A stretch of 64,000 bases of DNA from Malacoraja senta. Taxonomy: Eukaryota. Made by a program: the position numbers and the translations under genes. Below the pieces are notes generated by a model, which was not told the DNA's origin, made no database searches, and saw only the letters and a program-made list of their open reading frames with translations. Shown here piece by piece: positions 1 through 11,022 of the stretch. The stretch's first letter is position 1; each line of letters opens with the position of its first letter. The stretch spans positions 6,450,001-6,514,000 of the forward strand of contig CM075996.1 in NCBI GenBank assembly GCA_038087875.1. The letters are read 5' to 3'.

Positions 1-1216
1 TAATCTAATTTTGCGAAAATGTTATTTGGGCCCCGTAGGAACCGGCCATGTCTTTCCTGCCGATATGGGGTTCAAATTCACCGCAAGCGCAATGTTCCAA
101 TCATTCGAGTTCCAGAAACACCCACTCGCAAGATAATTTAAATGCTCTTTTTTTTGGACAATCATGTCATAAGAGCATCTAAATTGTCTATATTTTGTGT
201 TACTGTCTATCCATAGTCAATATTTTTATACTAAATATACACAACAGTTTTAGCCACATCTATTGTGCAAAAAATAATAATTTTGATTGTATTGAGTGGA
301 TGTTTCTAGATTAATTTATGGAACTAAAACATTACATTCCTTCCATCTGGCATATAAATTAATGACTGAGATTTAAAAATCATGTTATATTGTGAATTCT
401 TGTGTGAATGGGATTATTGTTATTTGGATACTTAGGCTATTTAAAAAATATATCCTTTTCTTCAGAAATGGAATCTACAGGACATTCTTAATGGGAAAGT
501 AGTAGGCAGAAAGGGATGTCATGCGTAGTTTGAAGAGCAAAAACTTGTAGTTTATAATGCCAAAATTGAAAAGTTGAGGAAAAACAAGGTGTACAGAGTT
601 GCTTATTGGTTACAATCTGAGGAGTATGATGATGCTATTGATTATGATATGCCAATGTACCAGCTAGCAACTGATCTTCTCCATAAAGACTTGGTCTATT
701 GCTAGAAATTGTAATTTATTTACCTATCTGTTATGGACTTACAGCATATAATACAATAGTATTAAAGTTCTGATCTTGAGAATATCACATTTTTGAATTT
801 TCAAGGCAGTCTGGGTGTTTATTACTATTTCCGTCACAACGGTCAATTTTGTAATTAGCTACAATTAGGTAATTAGCTAATTATATGCTTTAATTTCAGT
901 TCATCCAAGTAAGATGTTTTATATTTGTTTCAGAATGCTTCAATCTATAATAACTGAAAATTTCATTCAGTTCTCTTAATTTTTAAGAAAGTTATGGGCT
1001 TTTGACTGTCCTCGATCACAGCTTTTATGTTAAGTCAATGGAAAAGCAATAGGGAACAAGATACTAATTTCCTAGTATGAAAATGGCCATAACTTTTTTA
1101 ATACTGAAGATGAAGAAAGTGAATTAGGTGTCAAATTAAACTTCTTTTTATGCTTTATCTGATGGGATAAATTGCAGACTTGATTTTTAAAATCTCAACA
1201 TTTTATAACATTGCTA
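1..1216 (+). mobile_element. Right end of a DNA transposon-like insertion (ends ...ATAACATTGCTA; superfamily uncertain, possibly Academ-like)
   Basis: AT-rich block absent from the paralogous units. Homology to the duplicated unit starts abruptly at 1217 (TAATATTGCAT.., cf. ~16640 and 29021). Contains a decayed terminal coding exon. The left end lies outside the window. Confidence 0.45.
466..705 (+). pseudogene. Decayed terminal coding exon inside the transposon (KWNLQDILNGKVVGRKGCHA*FEEQ...YRVAYW...QLATDLLHKDLVYC*)
   Basis: Acceptor TTTTCTTCAG ends at 465. 80 in-frame codons with one internal TAG (526-528), stop at 703-705, ATTAAA at 761. Confidence 0.45.
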
Positions 1217-1227
1217 TAATATTGCAT

Positions 1228-1520
1228 TTAGTTTAGAGATACAGTGTGCAAACAGGCCCTTCAGCCCATCAACTCCATGCTGACAACAAACCAATCGTCC
1301 AAATGAGTTCTATGTTATCCCAGTTTCGCATCCTACACACTAGAGGCCATTCACAAAAGCCAATTAACCGACAAACCTGGACGTCTTTAGAATGTCGGAG
1401 GAAACCGGAGCACCCCGAAAAAACCCACACGGTCACAGGGAGAATGTGCAAACTCCACACTGGCAGCACCCGTCATCGGGATCGAACCTGGGTCTCTGGC
1501 GCTGTGAGGCAGCTGCTCTA
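1228..1520 (-). mobile_element. tRNA-derived SINE (HE1/V-SINE-like), one of many copies
   Basis: The minus strand shows the CTGCCTCACAGCGCCAGAGACCCAGGTTCGATCC B-box head and a CTGTATCTCTAAACTAAA tail. Related copies at ~2360-2600, 6445-6720, 7195-7430, 9685-9960, 16650-16930, 58620-59120 and elsewhere. Confidence 0.8.
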
Positions 1521-1898
1521 CATCTCTTTGCAAAGCTTATTAAATGTTAACTATTTGATTTAATAATCAAAAGCTTTCCCAATATCCTCAATGATCCTTA
1601 CTGAAGTAAACTTGTATTGTATTAGTGCATTTGTTTACATCTTTTAACCATCTCATCATTATCGTTGGTAGTGTCAGTCCTCAGGAATCCTAAATGGATG
1701 AGTAATGCCTATGAGTGATCTCTCCAGCAATCCCATGGTGAACTCCAAACTACCTGCGGTGAACCCTCAGCTTTTTGGTACAATGGTGGGAGGGTGAAGA
1801 GTAAGGAGATAGTCACCGCCATCAAAAACATAGGAGCAATGCAGTTTTAAACTGATTTTAAACTAATGGCTAAATTACAAAAACTGGAACGCTGGAAT

Positions 1899-2203
1899 GT
1901 TTAGAGTTTAGAGATACAGCATGGAAACAGGTCCGTCATCCCATCGAGACCGCGTCGACCATCGATCGACCCGTTCACACTAGATCTATGTCCCACACTC
2001 TAGGGGCAATATACAGCAGCCAATTAGCCTACAAACCTGTACGTCTTTGGGATGTGGGAGGAAACCGGAGCACCCGGAGAAAACCCACACGGTCACAGGG
2101 AGAAGGTACAAACTCTGCATAGGCGGCACCCGCACTTGGGATCGAACCCGGTTCTCTGGCGCTGTGAGGTAGCAGATCTACAGCTGCGCCATTGTGCCGC
2201 CCT
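1899..2203 (-). mobile_element. tRNA-derived SINE (HE1/V-SINE-like)
   Basis: Minus strand starts GGGCGGCACAATGGCGCAGCTG (A box) and contains GGTTCGATCC (B box). Paralogs at ~17305-17608 and ~29692-29998. Confidence 0.8.
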
Positions 2204-2914
2204 TTCAAACAGATGCTGGAATATGAACCAATTATAGCATCTAAATGTGGACACCAAAGAAACATCGTCAGATGTACCACGGTAAAAAGTGAAGCTTGCT
2301 CACCTCTAACCAAACCCAGAACCCAAAGAACATCTCCATGTGGTTGGACCTCACCATTTTAGACTTTAGAGGTACAGTGCGGAAACAGGCCCTACGGCCC
2401 ACCAAGTCTGTGCTGACCAGCGATCACCCCATACACTAGGAGTATCCTACACACTAGGGACAATTATTTTATCCTTTCGTGTTTGGGAGGAAACCAGAGC
2501 ACCTGGAGAAAACCCACGTGGCCACGGGGAGAACTTGCAAACTCCGTAGACAGGATCAAACCTGTGTCTCTGACTCTGTAGGGCAGCAACTCTATCAGAG
2601 TTAGGCTATTCTGCCCATCGAGTCTACTCCACCGTTCAATCATGGCTGATCCATCTTTCCCTCTCATCCCCATTCTCCTACTTTCTCGACACCTGTACCA
2701 ATCGAGAATCTGTCGATCTTAAAGTCTGTCTAAAAAATATCCTGTGCACAGGTAGACTGCTCTGAGCTCGACTCAAAATACCGCCTGGATGTCAAGGACC
2801 GTTCCCTAACATAGCAGTCACTGACATACTCAGCGCCACATGCGTGAAACTTCAGTAGGGTGGTCCACGCTGAGGTAATGCTGAGGCTCTAGAAGGCGCT
2901 GGTTGGGCCGCATT

Positions 2915-3260
2915 AGGAGTATTGTGAGCAGTTGTGTGCCCCACATCCAAGGAGGGATGTGGAGGCGTTGGAGAGGGTCCAGAGAAGGATTACGAGAATG
3001 ATCCCAGGAATGAGTGGGTTCACGTATGATGAGCGTCTGATGGCACTGGGCCTGTACTCGCTGGAGTTTAAAAGGATGTGTGGGGGGGGGGGGGGGGGGG
3101 ACCTCATCGAAATTTACCAAATAATGAAAGGCCTGGATAGAGTGGATGTGGATAGGACGTTTCCACTAATGGGAGAGTGAAAGACCAGAGGCCACAGCCT
3201 CCAAATAAATTTCTTTAATCAGAGGGTGGTGAATCTGTGGAATTCATTCCCACAGAAGGC
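2915..3260 (+). mobile_element. Decayed CR1 LINE 3' fragment duplicated with the unit
   Basis: Translates to CAPHPRRDVEALERVQRRITRMIPGM...GLYSLE...DLIEIYQIMKGLDRVD, typical of the CR1 ORF2 C-terminus. Paralogs at ~10181-10535, ~20799-21060 and ~30729-31080. Confidence 0.85.
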
Positions 3261-3964
3261 AGGGTTGATGTTGAAATATATGATGCCAAAATATACTAAT
3301 CTAATCTACCTGTACATGGTCCATATCCCTCAATTTCCTGCATCCAGGAGATCACGCGGGTTCTTGGGGTGGAGAGGGGTGATAGCGATATAAAGGGGAG
3401 GGTAGTGTCTTGTGTTCTGTGTCTTGTGTCTACTGTTTGTGGGTAAGGGTGTCTGTTTAGTGTTCAGCCATTAGCGAATGGCGGTGCGGGCTCGATGGGC
3501 CTGGTGGTCTACTCTCGCACCTACTTTCTATGTTTATATGTTTCTATATCTACATGCCTGCCCATGTCACTTAAAGCACTGAGTCTATGCTGACCACCGA
3601 TCACATGTTCACACTAGTTCCATGTTATCCCAAATTCTCATCCACTCCCTACACACTAGGGGCAATCTACAGATGGCCGATTAACCTACAAACCCGCACG
3701 TCTTTGGGATGTGAGAGGAAATCCTTGCGGTCGCAGGGAGAACGTGCAAACTCCATACCCGCTGCGCCACAGGAGGCTGTGGAGGCCAAGTCAATGGGTA
3801 TTTTCAAGGCAGAGACAGAAACTGTAGATTCCTGTTTAGTACGGATGTCAGGGGTAATGGGAAGCAGAAGGGGGTTAGGAGGGAATGAGAGATCAGCCAT
3901 GACTGAATCGTGGAGTGGGACTCGATGGGCCGAGTGGCCTAGTTGTGCTCCTGTCACTGATGCA

Positions 3965-5945
3965 CTAAGAGAGGTCCAGCCGGTACACGGTGATGAACCC
4001 GTTGCCTTGGGTGACGACCAGGTTGTTGCAATTGTCGACGGTGATGACGCGTGGTTTGTGAAGGCCATCGGCGGCAGTCAGCAGCTCCTCCCTGAAGTCC
4101 CCGCCAGGCCAAAACAAGAGGATCCGGTTCCGCTCGGTAACCAGAATATTGTCGTCTTCGTCCGTGCAGATGCTGTAGGGGATTGATCGCCTGACCCACC
4201 CCATTCACGGTGACCTGATCGCAGTTGGTCAAGACACAGCCATCCCTGTCGAAGATCAGGATGCACTTCTTGCCGCAGTCGGCCACGATGAACTGCTCGA
4301 CGCTGTTGATGGCGAGGAAGAGGAAGCGCACCCCCTCGTAGCCGTACGGCTTCACCCTTTCAACCACCTGCCCATTGATGTCGTACAGTGAGAGGGAGCA
4401 CATGGAGCCCTCGCTCACCGCCACGTATTCATCCCGGTAGGCGGCAAGGGGGTAGACGGACTCAGAGCCGCGGAGCGAGAGCCTCCTCTGCATGGTCCCG
4501 TCCATGTCCAGCATGTACAGCTGGTTCCCAGACGAGCAGGCGATGATGTCGTCAAAGATGGCAACACTGCATGGATCGTCATCATCGTCCGGCAGTGAGA
4601 TAGTCGCGGTGAGGTGCCCGTAGTTGATGAAGCATTTCAGAAGGGAATTGTCCTCGTCCGCCACCACGATGATGCCGTCGTTGGAGACGCTGACGCCCGT
4701 CAGCTTCGCATCGCACTCGTCATCACCCAGCTCCGTGTTGAAGCAATGCAGATTCCACGCCCTCTGCCTGGGTTGGGGAAGGGGCGTGAAGGCCTGCGGG
4801 CTTTTCGCCGGGCTCTTGCGCGGTTTGCTTTTCGCTGGAGCGGCCGGCGCCTTGGCGGCCGATTCTTCGCCGAAGGCAATACTAAAAAGGTTGGAGTGAG
4901 ACAGTATGCTCTTGAGCGACTCGTTGACGGTCAGGCTTGGGCGGGTCTTCTTGTCATCCGGGACCCTCGGCGCTTGGAGTCCATCGATCTGTTCTTCCAC
5001 GACGGACCGCAGGCAGACTATTTCCCTCATTTTACCGGAATCCAGGACCCCCTGGGAAAATTCCCTGGTGTCCTTCGCCTTCTTGATCTTGAGCTGCAGA
5101 TCATCCCGCGCGACCTTGTACAACTCCTCCTGCTTCCTGACGTAACTGGAGAGCGTGTCCTTGATGGTGTCACCCTGTTTCATCAAGTTGTTTATGACCT
5201 CGGCCATGGTGCACTCTATCATAGACATCAGAGATCTTTCCGTCACCTTCATCCCCTCCATTGCCTGGACGATGTCGTCTTCCTGTTGGACCAGCGACTG
5301 CGTGTCAGTGTTCAGTCTCTCCATGAGATTCATCACCGTGGGTCTCGCTGTGGCCCCTGCCTTGGCCAGGGACACCTTCGAGTGCCTGGCGTGGGCGTGC
5401 GAGGAACAACTGCTGCAGATCACGCTGTTGCAGGTGATGCAGAGATCGTCCACCAGGGTTCCTGGGTGACCCTGGCAGTAGATCATCTTCTGCATCCTTG
5501 TCTCTGCCTCGCAAGGGGCGGCGCTGTGACCGGGCAGATCCTCCAGCACGTGGCGTGGGTTGGCAGTCCCGTGGGTGAGTTTGCAAGGCGGGCAGAGGCA
5601 CTTGAGGCAGGTTTTACACCGAGCCACGGCGGCAATCTCGCGGCGACCAGCTGTCGCGCACCAACTGCAGATCACCTTCTTGTTCTCGTTGCTCTTGACG
5701 ATATCCATCAGACTGTTGATGTGAAAGTTAGTCTTGAGTTTGCTGACGCCACCTCTCACGTCAAACTCGTCCCTGCACTCCGGGCACTGCACCTTCCGGT
5801 CTGACCTAACCATCTTCTCCAGGCACCCCTGGCAATAGGTGTGGGCACAAGGCAGCATCTTGGGCTGCGTGAACATACTGAGGCAGATCTTGCAGTTTAA
5901 TAGATCGTTTTGTATCTGATCCGTAATATCCCCCGACATGGCCAT
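3965..5945 (-). pseudogene. TRIM56-like: TRIM56-like E3 ligase copy 1 (RING-B1-B2-CC-NHL), 1-bp frameshift near the C-terminus (pseudogene or assembly error)
   Basis: C3HC4 RING (CKIC..LPCAHTYCQGC..CPEC), KTNFHINSLMD, two B-boxes, coiled coil and NHL-like repeats. GGGG at 4178-4181 versus GGG in the other three copies shifts the frame; the normal C-terminus (..YRLDLS*) continues in ORF 3965-4204. Confidence 0.8.
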
Positions 5946-6242
5946 GATGATACAACCTGCAACAGATCAGAGGACACAATAAAGTAGTTGAGGCTGGGAC
6001 TATCCCAACGTTTTAAGAAACAGTTAGAGGGACATATTGGCCGGTGGGACATATTGGCCGGTGTGGGGAAGTTGAGCCAAAGGGCATGATTCCACACTAT
6101 GAGATGTTTGGTCACAGAAAGTTTGCGTTTTAAAATACAAGTCTGGGAATCAAGAGTGTTTTATTGTCATATGTCCCAGATAGAATAATGAGATTCTTAC
6201 TTGTTTTTACACGCACACATACACAGAAAAAACAAACAATAA

Positions 6243-6925
6243 TACTCCACCACCGATTTTCTGGCAACTGGTGATCCAACACCTCCTTTAATCTGGACAA
6301 AATGACCAGTGCACTTGAAACCTCCTCCCAGGTCCCCCTGAAAATGAAGGGCCCTGGCTGGGTGAGGCGGCCGATATTGACCTCATTGGGACTTTCACGG
6401 CCGATTAAACTTGCCCTCCTGCGGCCAGGTTTTTTCTCATATTGCGGAAACATGGCCCTTCGGCCCACCGTGCCGACTGGCGATCACAGCTATCCTATCC
6501 ATTCACACACTTGGGACAATTTACAATTATACCAAGCCAATTAACCTGCAAACATGTACGTCTTTTGAGTGTGGGAGGAAACCGGAGTACCCGGAGAAAA
6601 CCCACGAGGGTCACGGGTAGAATGTACAAACTCTGTACAGATTCCACCCGTGGTCAGGATCAAACCCGGGTCTCTGGGGCTGTGAGGCAGCAACTCTACC
6701 GCTGTACCACCGTGCCGCCACTTACTCCAGCCCAGTCAGAGCCGGCAGACCCGTTCCCATAGATGGCTTCCAAGGCCGACTTTGCGGCCACCCGGTGGCC
6801 TAGGCGGAATGTTCCAAGACCCTTAGACTCCTCCCGGAGGCCGTGACCTCTGTTGGTCTGGCAAAACGGATCATCCGGCAAGGCTCTGGAACCAAGGGTG
6901 CCGGGAAATCGGTGGTGGACCTGTA
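6243..6925. mobile_element. Tigger/pogo-like non-autonomous DNA transposon with nested SINE, in intron 1 of every copy
   Basis: Imperfect TIRs: TCCACCACCGATTTTCTGGCA (6246-) versus the reverse complement TA-CAGGTCCACCACCGATTTCCCGGCA (-6925). Paralogs at 13302-13997, 23712-24408 and 41080-42418. Confidence 0.6.
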
Positions 6926-7851
6926 ATTGTTTAGATCAGAGCCCATTCATACCACACAACTAGGCAGCACAGAGGTGCAGCTGGAAGAGCCGCTACCTCA
7001 CAGTGCCAGAGTCCCTGGGTTCAACCCCGACCTTGGGTGATCTCTGTGTGGAGTTTGCACGTTCTCCCTGTGACGACGTAGTCAGGATCGAACCCGGAGT
7101 TCCTGGCGCTGGGAAGCAGCAACTCTACCAGGTGCACCACTGTTGAAATATTCTAAAAGATTTTTCTTTTGTATTCAGAGTAATTTCTTCAGAAAGGGCA
7201 GCACGGTGGCGCAGCGCTGTTCTGCCTCACAGCAGCAGAGACCCAGGTTCAATCCTGACGATGGGTGCTATCTGTGTGGAGTTTGCACGTGCTCCCTGTG
7301 ACCGCTTGGGTTTCCCCCGGGTACTCCGGTTTCCTCCCGCATCCCAAAGACGTGCGGGCTTGTGGATTAATCGGCCCTCTGTAAAATTGCCCCCAGTGCG
7401 TAGGGAGTGGATGAAAAATTGGGATAACATAGAACTATTGTTCAGTTCAGTTTAGAAACAGAACTAGTGTTCATGTACAGTAAAGGCTATTGTGTGCTAA
7501 TTGGGGCGGAAAGACAATACATGATTACAATCGATACATGATAAGGGAATAACGTTTAGTGCAAGGTAAAGCCAGTAAAGTCCGATCAAAGATAGTTCAA
7601 AGGTCACTAAAGAGGTAGATAATAGTTCAGGACTGCTCTCGAGTTGTGGTGAGATGATTCAGTTGCTTGATAACAGCCGGGAATAAACTATCCCTGAATC
7701 TGGAGGTGTGCGTGAATGAGTGATCGATTATCAGCATGGACTCTGTGGGCCGAAGTGGCTATTTCCATGCTGTATCTCCAACCCAAACTAAACTGCATGA
7801 GCTGTGATTCACCCCAGCTAGAAACGAAACTTAAAGAGAGATTCCAGAATC

Positions 7852-7863
7852 GAAAGTGAAAGT
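7852..7863 (+). promoter_or_regulatory. IRF-E/ISRE motif GAAAGTGAAAGT in intron 1 of copy 1
   Basis: Matches GAAANNGAAA and is identical in all four units. Copy 1 has an extra GAAACGAAACT at 7821-7831. Confidence 0.55.
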
Positions 7864-7906
7864 AATCACACGGCGACATTGTTGTTGAACAGCCCCTTTA
7901 TATGTA

Positions 7907-8004
7907 GAAGGGTCTGAAGAAGGGTTTCGGCCCGAAACGTTGCCTATTTCCTTCGCTCCATAGATGCTGCTGCACCCGCTGAGTTTCTCCAGCATTTTTG
8001 TGTA
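7907..8004 (+). mobile_element. Penelope-like element 3' fragment with a minimal hammerhead motif
   Basis: 13-bp TSD CCCTTTATATGTA (7894-7906 / 8005-8017); empty site in copies 2-4. Contains CTGAAGA-AGGGTTTCGGCCC-GAAAC. Confidence 0.7.
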
Positions 8005-8537
8005 CCCTTTATATGTACAGTGGTTTAAAACACTTACACCAGCGAACAGCCGAGGACCAGGTGGGAATGAGAGTCATTGCCCGGGAGAGGTGACACTTGG
8101 TTCCCAAAGTAAGTCACGCAAAGACCCCGTTTCATCTATGAACCTTGTGTGTTAACATACTCCCATTCATGCTCTCTCCTCTCTTCTTCTCCCCTCCCCT
8201 CCTCTCTTCTTCTCCCCTCCCCTACCCTACCATCTCCTGCTCTCCCCTCTCTACTCCTCCCCTCCCACCACCACCCCTCCCTTCCCTCCTCTCCTCTCCC
8301 CTCTCGTCCCAACCAGAGACAGGGCAACATCTCAGCGCCGTGTGATGGGCACTGTCCCACCAAGGGTCTGGGACGTTCTGGTGAGAAGGTCCCGACTTCC
8401 TAGCCCACCGCAGTGAGGCGGGTGTCCGGGCGCCAGGGGATTTAAAAAAACACGCTCCTACATCCTATCTCAATCTCACTCCATCCCTCCCTCCCTCTGA
8501 GCCCCCCCCCAGCCGCCGTCTGCAACATCTCACTCAC

Positions 8538-8680
8538 CTGAGCTGGGTTGGTGGTGAGCAAAGACGATCTTTGGAGGTGAGTGTGGAGGTCCACGTCTCT
8601 GCTGCGAGGCGAGAAAACGAACTGCGAACTGAGAGACAGAGGCGGGGCAGCCGGTCTCTCCGCCCCGCTGCCTTTTATGT
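8538..8680 (-). promoter_or_regulatory. Predicted promoter and non-coding exon 1 of TRIM copy 1
   Basis: Minus strand: CATAAAAGG TATA-like box (8671-8679), GGGGCGG GC box, CpG-rich ~110-nt exon, donor CAG|GTGAGT (8532-8540). Acceptor TGTTGCAG|G with AG at 5957-5958, just upstream of the ATG. Confidence 0.6.
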
Positions 8681-8844
8681 CTCACTGTGTGTGTGTACTC
8701 AGTGAGAATCCTGCTTGTTTACGCTGGAGAGCAAGGAACTGCAGGTGGTTGACGCCGTAGATAGACACAACGTAGATAGAATACAGCGGCTCTGGCAGCA
8801 TCTCTGGAGAGAAGGAATGGGTGACGTTTCGGGGTCGAGACCCT

Positions 8845-9160
8845 TCAACTACCTCCTCCGGCAGCTCGTTCCATACACCCACCACCCTTACGGTGAAAAA
8901 GTTATCCCTCAGATTCCTATTAAATAATTCCCCCTTCACCTTAAACATATGCCTCCTGGTCCTCAATTCCCCCTCTGAGACCCTCTGCATCTACCAGATC
9001 TATTCCTCTCATGATTTTGTACACCTCTTATAAGATCACCCCTCATCCTCCTGTGCTTCAGGGAATAAAGTCCTAGCCTGTCCAACCTCTTCCTGTAGCT
9101 GAGGCATCTCGAGTCCTGACAACGTCCTCGTAAATCTTCTCGGCACCCTTTCCAGCTTAA
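8845..9160 (-). mobile_element. Decayed CR1 3' fragment upstream of each promoter
   Basis: Translates to LDRLGLYSL..RRMRGDLI..FKVKGELFNRNLRDNFFT.RVVGVWNELPEEVVE. Paralogs at ~15775-16095, ~27480-27800 and ~51950-52270. Confidence 0.8.
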
Positions 9161-11022
9161 CGATTTTGCAGAGATGCTGCCTGACCCAGAGATCAGCCGT
9201 CGATGTCCTCCAGAAATGTTGGCTGAAGAGTAAAGATTCTGCCCAATGTTACTTGAAGATGCTTTTGACCAAATGTAGCAGCCTGAGGCAGATGGACACA
9301 GCCAGTGTAGATATGTCACCACTCTATACAAACTCACAGGAAACACACTGCTGTTAAAGAACTTCATAAAAGTTTATTTAATTTTCTAATTACAGCAACG
9401 AAAGAGCACATTGAGGCAAACGAGAGATTGGATAGAATGGAATGATTAGTTATGTTTTTTTGCTTGTACGAAAACGACATCAGAAATATGACTAGATTAA
9501 TTGGTGACTGCCATGCTTGAGGGAGCTAATCAAATATCAAAGAGACACAAAAAGCTGGAGTAACTCAATGGGTCAGACAGCATCTCTGGTGAAAAGGAAT
9601 TGGTGAGTTTTCGGGTCGAGACTTAATCAAAGTTCAATGTGGTCTTTAACCAATACTTGGTCAGTAATCACTAACATTGCATTTGGTTTAGAGATACAGT
9701 GTGGAAACAGACCCTTCAGCCCAACCAATCGTGACCCGTACACTAGTTCTATCCTACACACACTAGGGACAATTTACAGAAGCCAATTAAACTCGCGCGT
9801 CTTTGGTGTGTGGGAGGAATCTGGAGCAGCAGGAGGAAACCCACGCAGGTCACGGAGAGAACATACAAACTCTGTATAGACAGCACCCGAGGTCAGGATT
9901 GAACCCTGGTCTCTGGCGCTGTGAGGCAGCAACTCTACCGTTGCACCACCGTGCCGCCCATTTGTCATGTGCTGTAGCCACGATTGAGAAGGTGGAATGA
10001 TGGAGTTGGCTTGTCGTTTACGACTATCGCATGGTGGTGCAGTCTCATGTCTCGTGGGATCAAGTGTGGCTTACAGGTGGAAAGATAGGCACTAGAGTAT
10101 ATACCCTACACATTTTCCTTGACTTCCAAGTCTGGCTGTCTCCCTGTGAGTTTTGAGATACAAGAAATTGCTGATGGTGTATTGGAGTATCGTGAGCAGT
10201 TCTGGGCCCCACATCCAAGGCACGATGTGGAGGCGTTGGAGAGGGTCCAGAGGAGGATTACGAGAATGGTCCCAGGAATGAATGGATTCACGTATGATGA
10301 GCATCTGTGGCACTGGGCCTATACTCGCTGGATGTTGGGTGGGGGAGGGGGACCTCATTGAAAGTTACCAAATAGTGAAAGGCCTGGATAGAGTGGATGT
10401 GGAGAGGATGTTTCCACTAGTGGGAGATTCAAAGACCAGAGGCCACAGCCTCCGAATAAAAGGAAGGAGAGGAGATGAGGATAAATTTCTTCAGTCAGAG
10501 GGTGGTGAATCTGTGGAATTCATTGCCACAGAAGGCAGGGTTGATGGCCGAAATACATGAAGCCAAAATATACTAATCTAATCTGCCTGTACCTAGTCCA
10601 TATCCCTCAATTTCCTGCATCTGCCCATATCACTAAAAGCACTGAGTCCATGCTGACCATCGATCACCTGTTCACACTAGTTCTATGTTATCCCAAATTC
10701 TCATCCACTCCCTACACACTAGGGGCAATCTACAGAGGGCCGATTAACCTACAAACCCGCACGTCTTTGGGATGTGGGAGGAAATCCTCGCTGTTGCAGG
10801 GAGAACGTGCAAAACTCCATACCCGCTGCGCCACAGGAGGCTGGGGAGGCGAAGTCAATGGGTATTTTCCAGACACAGACAGATACTGTAGATTCCTGTT
10901 TAGTACGGATGTCAGGGATGATGGGGAGAAGGCAGGAGGGGGGTTGGGAGGGAATGAGAGATCAAATGGCGGAGTGGACTCGATGGGCTGAGTGGCCTAG
11001 TTGTGCTCCTTTCACCGATGCA

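Noticed and set aside
1246..2673. Numerous 60-130 aa ORFs (ECGRKPEHPEKTH-type) here and across the window
   Set aside because: Translations of SINE copies.
4614..5804. Long + strand ORFs (396 aa here; similar at 11665, 22079, 37971)
   Set aside because: Antisense shadows of the GC3-rich TRIM CDS; lengths and stops are not conserved among copies.
6388..6397. NF-kB-like GGGACTTTCA
   Set aside because: Lies in a MITE and reads GGGACTGTCA in the other three copies.
6726..6920. Apparent 195-nt minus-strand exon (TTACAG|G ... GA|GTAAGT) in intron 1
   Set aside because: The acceptor is the TA-CAG end of a Tigger-like MITE, the reading frame is not conserved, and the donor is mutated in copy 2. 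Exonisation into the 5' UTR cannot be excluded without RNA data.
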